Source: Oscillospiraceae bacterium (GTDB lineage Bacteria > Bacillota > Clostridia > Oscillospirales > Oscillospiraceae). From it: a DNA stretch of 64,000 bases. The translations under genes were made by a program, and so were the position numbers. The stretch covers positions 221 to 64,220 of the forward strand of contig JAISJH010000068.1 in NCBI GenBank assembly GCA_031261635.1, in the 5' to 3' direction. Shown here in pieces: positions 1-7,686 of the stretch (its first letter is position 1; the number at the start of each line of letters is the position of its first letter). The notes under the pieces were generated by a model. That model saw only the letters and a program-made list of their open reading frames with translations. It was not told the origin of the DNA and did no database searches.

Positions 1-53
1 TAGCTATATTATACCACTTAATCCCTAATTTGTCCAGTCCCTTTATTCAGTTT

Positions 54-302
54 ACAGTTATCAAATATCAAATATCAGAGACGTTATGACAATTGATAAT
101 GAATAATTACGGGGGTTTGGACGGGTTGACGTTGGGGCGGGTTTCAAACCCGCCCTCCCCCGTCCTACGTCCCGGCGCCCGGCGCCGGGACGTAGGACGG
201 GGGTTGCGTAATCCGGGCGAGGCAAGCCTCGCCCCTACGCCCTCCCGCAGGGCGCAACCCCGTCCAAGCCAACGTCTCTGATATTTGATATTTGATAACT
301 GT
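54..302. mobile_element. MITE-like intergenic element bounded by perfect 30-bp terminal inverted repeats
   Basis: ACAGTTATCAAATATCAAATATCAGAGACG at 54-83 and its exact reverse complement at 273-302. The interior is a chain of GC-rich palindromes (GGGGCGGGTTTCAAACCCGCCC; 22-bp arms CCCCCGTCCTACGTCCCGGCGC/GCGCCGGGACGTAGGACGGGGG; GGGCGAGGCAAGCCTCGCCC). No credible ORF. Confidence 0.6.
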
Positions 303-317
303 TATCTGTTGAAGCGA

Positions 318-346
318 TTGACAAACGCGATTTTAAGTGTTACAAT
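318..346 (+). promoter_or_regulatory. sigma-A type promoter (TTGACA-17-TACAAT) immediately upstream of the chromate transporter gene
   Basis: TTGACA at 318-323, 17-nt spacer, TACAAT at 341-346. The ATG at 356 is only 9 nt downstream of the -10, so the transcript is probably leaderless or near-leaderless. Confidence 0.6.
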
Positions 347-355
347 ATAGGTACT

Positions 356-901
356 ATGGGTTTACTACTACGTTTGTTTCTGATTTTCGCTAAAATCGGG
401 CTGTTTACAATTGGCGGGGGGCTGGCGATGCTGCCGCTTGTTCAGCAGGAGCTTATTGCGGGCGGGTATATGTCGCTTCGGGAGAGCATTGATATGCTCG
501 CTATATCGCAGATGACCCCGGGACCTTTCGCCGTCAACGCCGCTACGTTCAGCGGTATGCGGCTCGCGGGGGTGTGGGGAGCGGTGTCGGCAACGCTGGG
601 AGTGATACTCCCGAGCCTCGTGATTTGCCTTCTGGTCGCAAAACGTTTTTTCGCGTCTTTAGGAAAACCGCAGGTTCGCGCGGTGTTGAACGGTATCAAG
701 CCCGTGGTGTTCGCGCTTATTTTGAGCGGTATGCTCGAGATATGCCGCGAGGCGTTTTTCCCTACGGCGGGAAAGTGGACGCCGGACGTCCCGGTGGTCG
801 CGATAGCGGTCGTGACAACGCTGCTGCTGGTAAAGACAAAGTTGTCGCCCGCGCTGCTGGTACTGGGTTGCGGAGTGGTGGGCGCGGTGTTTCTACAATG
901 A
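356..901 (+). CDS. chromate transporter (ChrA) family protein, short single-domain form
   Basis: 181 aa, multi-TM. The N-terminal FAKIGLFTIGGGLAMLPLVQQE motif is typical of the chromate ion transporter family. Confidence 0.75.
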   Translation: MGLLLRLFLIFAKIGLFTIGGGLAMLPLVQQELIAGGYMSLRESIDMLAISQMTPGPFAVNAATFSGMRLAGVWGAVSATLGVILPSLVICLLVAKRFFASLGKPQVRAVLNGIKPVVFALILSGMLEICREAFFPTAGKWTPDVPVVAIAVVTTLLLVKTKLSPALLVLGCGVVGAVFLQ

Positions 902-941
902 ATAGTTAATAGTGAATAATGAATAATTGGAGGGTTCGGAT

Positions 942-1139
942 ATGCCTAACGAGTTGATACGTGAAATTGAAACTTTGCCTGTCAGCGTTCTTGATGAACT
1001 GTATAATTACATCGGGTTCATTAAGAATCAAAAAGCTCAGAAAGCCCAAAAAGCGTCAGATATTGCGCTTGCTAGTGAGCGCGTTTTGGCGCGGGAGTGG
1101 CTAACGCCGGAGGAGGACGAAGCGTGGGCGCATTTGTAA
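942..1139 (+). CDS. type II antitoxin (DUF2281-like), partner of the downstream MazF/PemK toxin
   Basis: ATG at 942 is preceded by GGAGGG. The small acidic protein (IREIETLPVSVLDELYNYIGFI) overlaps the start of the toxin gene at its 3' end. The track ORF start at 927 is a TTG upstream of the SD. Confidence 0.6.
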   Translation: MPNELIREIETLPVSVLDELYNYIGFIKNQKAQKAQKASDIALASERVLAREWLTPEEDEAWAHL

Positions 1140-1453
1140 AAGGTGACGTCGTTGTCGTTCCGTTTCCGTTTTCTAATCTAAAGGCTGTCAAACGCCGCCC
1201 GGCTCTCGTGCTTGTTGATTTACCCGGTGATGATTTGATACTTTGTCAGATTACAAGTCAAACAGTTAACGACGATTTGGCTGTAACAATTGATATTCAG
1301 GACATTTTGGGCGGGTCGTTAACCAAAATCAGCAGTGCGAGAACAAACAAGCTGTTTACAATCGAAGCGTCGCTTGTGGCGTATAAGGTCGGCTCGCTTA
1401 AAGACGATATATTGAACGAAATTATTGATAAACTTGTCAGTCTACTAAAATGA
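1124..1453 (+). CDS. MazF/PemK family endoribonuclease toxin
   Basis: KGDVVVVPFPFSNLKAVKRRPALVL is the MazF/PemK N-terminal signature. A GTG at 1124 lies 6 nt after GGAGGAGGA and overlaps the antitoxin stop. The track start at 1097 is an upstream GTG. Confidence 0.8.
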   Translation: MGAFVKGDVVVVPFPFSNLKAVKRRPALVLVDLPGDDLILCQITSQTVNDDLAVTIDIQDILGGSLTKISSARTNKLFTIEASLVAYKVGSLKDDILNEIIDKLVSLLK

Positions 1454-1465
1454 CTAACCGGAAAG

Positions 1466-3031
1466 GTGTTGTTTGAAATGCGTTTTGCGTTTAATGGAAA
1501 TACCGTCCCCACCCGCGTGGTTTCTTCTGACCTTGTTATTATCGGGTCGGGGCTTGCGGGCTTGTATACCGCGCTGAATTGCGACCCCGGGGTGCGCGTG
1601 CATATTATTACGAAAGAGAGCATTGACCTCTCCAACAGCTGGCTCGCGCAGGGGGGGATAGCGGCGGCAATTTTGCCGGAGGACGAGCCGCGCTTTCACT
1701 TTGACGATACGCTCGCGGCGGGGGATTCGCTTTGCTATGTTCCCGCCGTGCAGACGCTTGTTACGGAGGGGCCGAAGGAAATACGCCGCCTGCGGGAGCT
1801 GCAGGTACCGTTTGACTTAAACGCCGACGGCGACCTTATGACGACCCGCGAGGGCGGGCATCATATGAACCGCATTGTACACGCGGGAGGCGACGCCACC
1901 GGGCGCGAAGCCGTCAAAACCCTCTCGGCGATTGTACTGAAACAAAGCAATGTCGAGAGCGTCGAACATACGGAGCTTATTGATATACTAACTGACCCGG
2001 ACGGAGCCTTATCGGGCGTACTGGTACGCTCACGGGACGGGGCTTACGAACTCTACAGAACGCGCAACTGCGTTATAGCAACGGGCGGCATAGGTTCCGT
2101 TTACGCGAGCAGCACTAACCCCCATACCGCCACCGGCGACGGAATAGCCGTCGCGATACGCGCCGGAGCGGAGTGTAAGCATTTAGAGTTTGTGCAGTTT
2201 CACCCAACAGGCCTGTTCGACAAAAACGGCGAATACGGCAAGCGGGCGTTTCTGATATCGGAAGCGGTGCGCGGCGAGGGCGGCTTGTTAAAGAACAGCC
2301 GAGGCGAGCGCTTTATGCTCGGGCAACACGAACTTGCCGAGCTTGCGCCGCGCGATATTGTTGCCCGCGGGATACTCGCCGAACTCGCTAAATCCGGGGA
2401 GGCCTGCGCCTATCTTGACGTTACGCATTTGGGCGCGGAGTTTTTCGCTAAACGCTTCCCGACTATCTTTGCCGAATGTTCGAGGCGCGGGATTGATATT
2501 TCTAAAGACTGGATACCCGTTTTCCCGGTTCAGCATTATCTTATGGGCGGGATTAAAACCGATTTACACGCTAAGACGACTATCCCGGGAGTATACGCTG
2601 TAGGCGAAGCCGCCTGTACGGGCGTTCACGGCGCTAACCGTCTTGCGTCTAACAGTATGCTGGAGTGCCTTGTATTCGGGCATCGCGCCGCCTCGCGTGT
2701 TTCAGAGAACGTTTTAGCGGATACGCGCCCGGCGGGGGAAACAGACCTTGAAACCCCGCTTCGCCCCGCGCTCGAGATGGATTTCGAGGCCGAACGAGCA
2801 AGGCTTCAGAACATTATGCACGCAAATGTCGGTGCCTTAAAATCACGCGCGGGTATGCTCGAGGCAAAGGACTACCTGACGGGCTTACTGAAAACCCTTG
2901 AAAGCGGTTATAATCCCTCGGACGCGTATCTCGCTCTATTGAACATCGCGACCGTCGCGAACGCCATTACAGAGGCGTCGCTAAGTCGCGGGAAAAGTGC
3001 AGGCTCACATTATGTTATCAATAACGGCTAA
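1466..3031 (+). CDS. nadB: L-aspartate oxidase
   Basis: FAD dinucleotide fold DLVIIGSGLAGLYTA, HYLMGGIKTD, and GVYAVGEAACTGVHGANRLASNSMLE. Length 521 aa. The alternative ATG at 1478 may be the true start. Confidence 0.9.
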   Translation: MLFEMRFAFNGNTVPTRVVSSDLVIIGSGLAGLYTALNCDPGVRVHIITKESIDLSNSWLAQGGIAAAILPEDEPRFHFDDTLAAGDSLCYVPAVQTLVTEGPKEIRRLRELQVPFDLNADGDLMTTREGGHHMNRIVHAGGDATGREAVKTLSAIVLKQSNVESVEHTELIDILTDPDGALSGVLVRSRDGAYELYRTRNCVIATGGIGSVYASSTNPHTATGDGIAVAIRAGAECKHLEFVQFHPTGLFDKNGEYGKRAFLISEAVRGEGGLLKNSRGERFMLGQHELAELAPRDIVARGILAELAKSGEACAYLDVTHLGAEFFAKRFPTIFAECSRRGIDISKDWIPVFPVQHYLMGGIKTDLHAKTTIPGVYAVGEAACTGVHGANRLASNSMLECLVFGHRAASRVSENVLADTRPAGETDLETPLRPALEMDFEAERARLQNIMHANVGALKSRAGMLEAKDYLTGLLKTLESGYNPSDAYLALLNIATVANAITEASLSRGKSAGSHYVINNG

Positions 3032-3509
3032 AAAAACTGTCGCGGTTTTCAAGGGTTTAGTGTTTTTGCTGATACTATACCTCTTGCAAACGGGAGTGTT
3101 TCCGCATTTGCGTATATACGGCGTTGCGCCTCTGCTGCTGCCCGCCGGGGTGATTGTGATTGCGCTGCTAAAAGTCGGGCAGTCGGGCGGCGTCTGGGGA
3201 ATAACCGCAGGAATACTCTGCGATATGAGCGTGGGCGATTCGCCGCTGATGTGTACGCTGTTTCTGGGAGCGGCGGGGCTTGCCGCGAGCTACCTGGCAC
3301 AGCATTTTCTGGCGAGGACGTTTTTAACGTTTATAACGGTCACGGCGCTCGCGCTGATACTGCTCGCGGCGGTGCAGGCGGCTCCGCTGATGATTTTCGC
3401 GAGGGTAAACATACGCGCAGTCCTCCCGGTAGCCGCCGCGCAGACGGTCTACAGCCTCGCGCTATCGGCGGCAGTATGGCCGCTTGGACAATTGATAATT
3501 GATAATTGA
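3012..3509 (+). CDS. mreD: rod shape-determining protein MreD-like membrane protein
   Basis: About 165 aa, 4-5 TM, with a GGVWGITAGILCDMSVG motif resembling the MreD G..G.L.D core. It lies upstream of PBP2. ATG at 3012 (GTG 2997 is an alternative). The last codons are read out of an AT-rich heptad repeat. Confidence 0.55.
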   Translation: MLSITAKKTVAVFKGLVFLLILYLLQTGVFPHLRIYGVAPLLLPAGVIVIALLKVGQSGGVWGITAGILCDMSVGDSPLMCTLFLGAAGLAASYLAQHFLARTFLTFITVTALALILLAAVQAAPLMIFARVNIRAVLPVAAAQTVYSLALSAAVWPLGQLIIDN

Positions 3510-3530
3510 TAATTGACAATTGACAATTAT
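3489..3530. repeat. AT-rich heptad tandem repeat (6 x 7 bp: CAATTGA/TAATTGA)
   Basis: caattga taattga taattga taattga caattga caattat. It spans the mreD stop codon. Confidence 0.9.
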
Positions 3531-3556
3531 CGCCTGCGGGCGGGAAGGGTTATTTT

Positions 3557-3907
3557 ATGAACACAGACGTATTGGAAGTCGGTACGGATTTCGCGAAAAA
3601 GCTTGATGTGCAGACCGCTTGCGCGGCAACGGAACAGGACGACCCGCGCTCAATGGCGGAACTCCTCGGGGTAAGCCCGGAGGACGCGTTTGATAATTTT
3701 ATGCGCATTATCAATAAATTTAAGGGGCGTATTCCCTCCGATATAGACGAGGACGCAATATTGGCGGAAAAAAGCAATCCCGCTATATGCGCTATGGAAA
3801 GGTTTCAAAATGAAATGGCGGGTGAATGGGAAAAAGCGGGCATTTATTCTGAAGCTGACTTAGACGCGCTTATGCGCGAAATTCGTTTGGAAGTTGAGAG
3901 CGTATGA
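3557..3907 (+). CDS. putative antitoxin of the downstream PIN-domain toxin
   Basis: 116-aa acidic protein. Its stop overlaps the ATG of the PIN gene (ATGA at 3904). I do not recognise a family; the call rests on position and coupling only. Confidence 0.4.
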   Translation: MNTDVLEVGTDFAKKLDVQTACAATEQDDPRSMAELLGVSPEDAFDNFMRIINKFKGRIPSDIDEDAILAEKSNPAICAMERFQNEMAGEWEKAGIYSEADLDALMREIRLEVESV

Positions 3908-4305
3908 TAGTTCTTATTGATACGAATATATTGATTTCAGCCGCGTATTCAGTAGGCAGTACGCCGCACAGGGCGTTTCGAAAAGCTGTTCAGTCCCCCT
4001 TTCAAGCCTTAGTTTGCGAACAAAGTCTTGTGGAATTGCGTAGAACGGCAAACCGGAAGTTCAGCGATAGAATACATATTTTCAATGATTTTATCGCCGG
4101 TATGCTACTTGTCGTTAAAGTAGTACCTGTCCCGGAATTAACATATTCTGAAGAAGAAAAAATTCGCGATTTAAGCGACCGGCCTATTTTAAGGACGGCG
4201 ATAAAAGAGGGCGCGGACATATTATTGACAGGTGACAAGGATTTTTTAGAAAGTTCTGTTATATCTCCTCAAATTATGACCGCAGCGGCGTTTATGACGA
4301 TTTAA
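3904..4305 (+). CDS. PIN-domain toxin (VapC-like, PIN_3 type)
   Basis: N-terminal IVLIDTNILISA and C-terminal DRPILRTAIKEGADILLTGDKDF are the acidic PIN motifs. Confidence 0.8.
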   Translation: MIVLIDTNILISAAYSVGSTPHRAFRKAVQSPFQALVCEQSLVELRRTANRKFSDRIHIFNDFIAGMLLVVKVVPVPELTYSEEEKIRDLSDRPILRTAIKEGADILLTGDKDFLESSVISPQIMTAAAFMTI

Positions 4306-4320
4306 CAGGAGAAAAAACAA

Positions 4321-6390
4321 TTGAGAATCATCAACCCCTTTCGCCTAACCCTGCTTGCGCTTGTTCCGGCTTTGCTTGCTGTTATTTGTATACTGGGTTT
4401 GTATAACCTGCAAATCGTTCACGGTGAGGAATACTATGAGCGTTCGCGAAGCTCTATCGTTACGCGCGAGGTTATTCCCGCTTCTCGGGGGAGCATACTT
4501 GACCGTTACGGGCGCGTGCTTGTCAGCAACCGCGTTAGTTATAACGTTTCAATCGACCGCGCGCGGCTTGTCGCCGGGGGCGACCCTAACGGCGTTATAC
4601 TGGAGCTTATTTCTAACGCCGCGCATTTTGGCGTTCCCTATACAGACACAAGCCCCCTTGAAACAGTCGCGCCCTACGGAATTAAAAAGACGCTTACGGC
4701 TACCCAGCAGACACGTTACGCGGCCTATATGAAGCACCAGAAGCTTGACCCGGACAATATCAGGCAGGACTTTTTTACCTGGCTTAAAAACCACTATTCT
4801 GTCCCGGAGACGTACAGCGATGCCGAAGCGCGGCTCGCGGTCGGAGTACGCTACGAACTCGAACTACGGACGCTTTTCCACTACGCGCCCTATTACTTCG
4901 CGGAGGACGTCGCGCTTGACTATATCGCCCAAATCGAGGAGCGCAGTTATCCCGGTGTATCTATGGAAAGCGTCAGCGTCCGCGAATACAACACCGACTA
5001 CGCGGCGCACGTTCTCGGACACGTCGGACCGATGGACAGCGCGGAAATCATCAAATACAGCGAATTTGGCTACCCGATGAACGCGCTCGTGGGCAAGGAC
5101 GGCCTGGAAAAAGCCTTCGAGGCGGAGCTTCACGGAGAGGACGGGGCGCGGACGATAACGCGCAACGAGGAGGGCGCGATTACAGGCGTTCTCGAAACAA
5201 AAGAGCCTAAACCCGGCAATAACGTTATGCTGACTATCGACATCGAGCTTCAGCAAATCGCGGAGCTTGAACTTGCAAGCGCGATAGAGGCGGTAAACGC
5301 CGAACGTATCGAGGCCGCCGCGCTAAATCCAGAGAAGGCGCAGGTTCCGATACCGGGCGGCGCGGTCGTAGTAATCAATATCGCGGACGGAGGCTTGCTC
5401 GGCAGCGCGAGTTATCCTACGTTCAATACGGCTACGTTCTACCGCGACTACAATACGCTGCTGTCAGACCCGCGAAAGCCGCTTATTAACAGAGCCTTGC
5501 TCGGCGAATACGAGCCGGGTTCTACGTTCAAGCCCGTTACCGCGCTCGGCGTTCTTAACGAGCGGATTATCAGCGAAACCGATACAGTTTACGATAAGGG
5601 TATCTACACGGAATACGCCTCACAGGGCTATTCCCCGACCTGCTGGCTCTATCCGCAGGGTTCGCACGGAACGATTAACGTCGTCGAGGCAATAACGTTC
5701 AGCTGTAACTACTTCTTTTACGACGTGGGAGTGCGGCTCGGTATAGACAAGCTGTCCTACTACGCCGGGCAATTCGGTCTGGGCGAAAAAACCGGCACGG
5801 AGCTTGACGAATCCGCCGGGCGCGTCGCCAGCGCGCAGTACAAAAAAACCGCCAAGGACGAGGACTGGTACCCCGGCGATACGCTACAGGCGGCAATAGG
5901 GCAGAGCTACAATAACTTTACCCCGGTTCAGCTCGCGAGCTACTGCGCGACTATAGCGAACAGCGGGGTTCGCAACGCCGCGCACTTTCTGAAAAGCGTT
6001 AAGACGCGCGATAACTCCCTAACCGTCCGCGAATACGACGCGCCCGCCCTGCCCGCCGTTAACGCCGACCCCTATTGCTTTCTGGCCTTGCAAAAGGGTA
6101 TGCGCGGTGTTGTGACAAACCTCTCCGGCACGGCCTACAGCACCTTCGGGCATTACAGCGTCCCCGTGGCGGCTAAAACGGGTACGGTTCAGTTCGGAAC
6201 GGGCGTAGAAAACAACGCGGTTTTCATAGCCTACGCCCCCTACGAAAACCCCGAGATAGCCGTAGCGGTAGTAGTAGAAAAAGGCGGCTCGGGAAGCTCG
6301 GTGGCAAACATAGCAAAAGCCGTATTCGAAAACTACTTCTCCACAACAAGCACAAACGCCCCCGAGGAAGAGGGTGCGCTTTTGAGATAG
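4321..6390 (+). CDS. mrdA: penicillin-binding protein 2 (elongation transpeptidase)
   Basis: N-terminal TM anchor, SRGSILDRYGRVL dimerisation-domain motif, and the STFK, SCN and KTGT active-site triad. TTG start at 4321. Confidence 0.9.
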   Translation: MRIINPFRLTLLALVPALLAVICILGLYNLQIVHGEEYYERSRSSIVTREVIPASRGSILDRYGRVLVSNRVSYNVSIDRARLVAGGDPNGVILELISNAAHFGVPYTDTSPLETVAPYGIKKTLTATQQTRYAAYMKHQKLDPDNIRQDFFTWLKNHYSVPETYSDAEARLAVGVRYELELRTLFHYAPYYFAEDVALDYIAQIEERSYPGVSMESVSVREYNTDYAAHVLGHVGPMDSAEIIKYSEFGYPMNALVGKDGLEKAFEAELHGEDGARTITRNEEGAITGVLETKEPKPGNNVMLTIDIELQQIAELELASAIEAVNAERIEAAALNPEKAQVPIPGGAVVVINIADGGLLGSASYPTFNTATFYRDYNTLLSDPRKPLINRALLGEYEPGSTFKPVTALGVLNERIISETDTVYDKGIYTEYASQGYSPTCWLYPQGSHGTINVVEAITFSCNYFFYDVGVRLGIDKLSYYAGQFGLGEKTGTELDESAGRVASAQYKKTAKDEDWYPGDTLQAAIGQSYNNFTPVQLASYCATIANSGVRNAAHFLKSVKTRDNSLTVREYDAPALPAVNADPYCFLALQKGMRGVVTNLSGTAYSTFGHYSVPVAAKTGTVQFGTGVENNAVFIAYAPYENPEIAVAVVVEKGGSGSSVANIAKAVFENYFSTTSTNAPEEEGALLR

Positions 6391-6393
6391 TTA

Positions 6394-6892
6394 ACAGTTA
6401 TCAAATATCAAATATCAGAGACGTTAGTTCAGATAACAGTTATCAGATATCAAATATCAGAGACGGGGGTTTTGGACGAAAGGTGCGCCGCGTGACGTAG
6501 GGGCGGGTTTCAAACCCGCCCTCCCCCGCGCCGTGCGCGGGGTGCGCCGTCCCGGCGCAGGGCAGGGCGTTGCCCTGCCCGTCATTGCGAGCCGCGCGAA
6601 GCAATCCAAGCCCAGTATCCCCCGTCCTGCCCCACGTCCCACGTCCCACGTCCCACGTCCTACGTCCCACGTTCAGCGTCCCGGCGCCGTGCGCCGTCTT
6701 TGCGAAGCACCGGTAAGCCTGCGATACGCAGAACGTTACAGGTGCGAAGCAATCCAGTGCCGGGAGGATAACTTACGGACTACGTATCGCAGGATACTAC
6801 GTCAACCCGGGCTTGGCTTCGCCCTGCCGCGCGCCGGGGCGATTTCCCCGCGCACGGCGCGTGGAGGGCGGGTTTGAAACCCGCCCCTACGT
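6394..6892. repeat. composite intergenic mosaic repeat (two AT-rich terminal modules plus GC-rich palindrome chain)
   Basis: Terminal modules at 6394-6423 and 6436-6465. The GGGGCGGGTTTCAAACCCGCCC hairpin near the left end is mirrored at 6863-6892. Also present: GTCATTGCGAGCCGCG, a CACGTCC 7-mer run at about 6632-6672, and the CAATCCAGTGCCGG core at 6750-6763. Confidence 0.85.
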
Positions 6893-6955
6893 AATCTCCG
6901 TGTACCTCCCACAAAAATGTTTACAATTTATTCACAATTCCCCCACAAAAGGCTC

Positions 6956-6984
6956 TTGACAAGGGCGCACAATCGGCATATAAT
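6956..6984 (+). promoter_or_regulatory. sigma-A promoter of the ArsR/P-type ATPase genes
   Basis: TTGACA 6956-6961, 17-nt spacer, TATAAT 6979-6984. It is followed by an inverted repeat AGTTG-N10-CAACT that could be the ArsR operator. Confidence 0.6.
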
Positions 6985-7032
6985 ATAGTTGTTTATAAGC
7001 TCAACTGTTCAACCGTTTTATGGGGGCGTGAT

Positions 7033-7401
7033 ATGAGTTCGTATATAGCGGATACCGACAGGTGCGACTGTAACACGATTCACGAGGACGTTGTCGCGGA
7101 CGTGCGCGAACATATGCCGGAGGAGGACGCCCTGCTCAATCTGGCTGATTTGTTTAAGGTTTTCAGCGACTCTACGCGCGTGAAAATCGTCTGCGCCCTG
7201 CTTCATTCGGAGATGTGCGTTTGCGATATCGCGGTATTGCTGGGTATGACGAAATCCGCTATTTCGCACCAGCTCCGCGCGCTTCGCCTGAGCCGCCTTG
7301 TGAAAAACCGCCGGGACGGCAAGGTCGTATACTACTCGCTGACTGACGAACACGTAAGCAACATCTTCGCGCAAGGGCTGTCGCACGTCTGCGAGGGGTA
7401 A
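7033..7401 (+). CDS. ArsR/SmtB family metalloregulator (CadC/CzrA-like)
   Basis: LFKVFSDSTRVKIVCALLHSEMCVCDIAVLLGMTKSAISHQLRALR is the ArsR wHTH with the CVC metal site. It lies upstream of a heavy-metal ATPase. Confidence 0.85.
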   Translation: MSSYIADTDRCDCNTIHEDVVADVREHMPEEDALLNLADLFKVFSDSTRVKIVCALLHSEMCVCDIAVLLGMTKSAISHQLRALRLSRLVKNRRDGKVVYYSLTDEHVSNIFAQGLSHVCEG

Positions 7402-7464
7402 CGGGGGTTTTAGGTCTGCGGCGGGTGTTCTTTGCGCTACTTTAACTAATCTCGCGGAACCATT

Positions 7465-7595
7465 GTAGGGGGCGATGCCCACATCGCCCCGTTACGTAGA
7501 ATTTAACGTGATAAACCCGGCGGGACGATGTGGGCATCGTCCCCTACGAGATTGCTATGACAATTCAGGCGTGGCAAGCCTTGCCCCTACACGCG
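7465..7595. repeat. GC-rich hairpin repeat pair between arsR and the ATPase gene
   Basis: GTAGGGGGCGATGCCCACATCGCCCCGT and GGGACGATGTGGGCATCGTCCCCTAC, then GGCAAGCCTTGCCCCTAC. The same pair recurs at about 19128-19215. Confidence 0.8.
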
Positions 7596-7686
7596 AGTAG
7601 AACCGGGTAGAAGCGGGTACAGCAGATTTTAGGAACGGGTTCATTTTATACGTCAATAACTTAGTGAAAAGGTAAGGTATCTAACT

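Noticed and set aside
6394-6892. Possibility that the repeated modules form a CRISPR array
   Set aside because: There are no regularly spaced identical direct repeats with unique spacers of constant length. The modules are palindromes arranged in inverted and mosaic order, and there is no cas gene or leader in the window.
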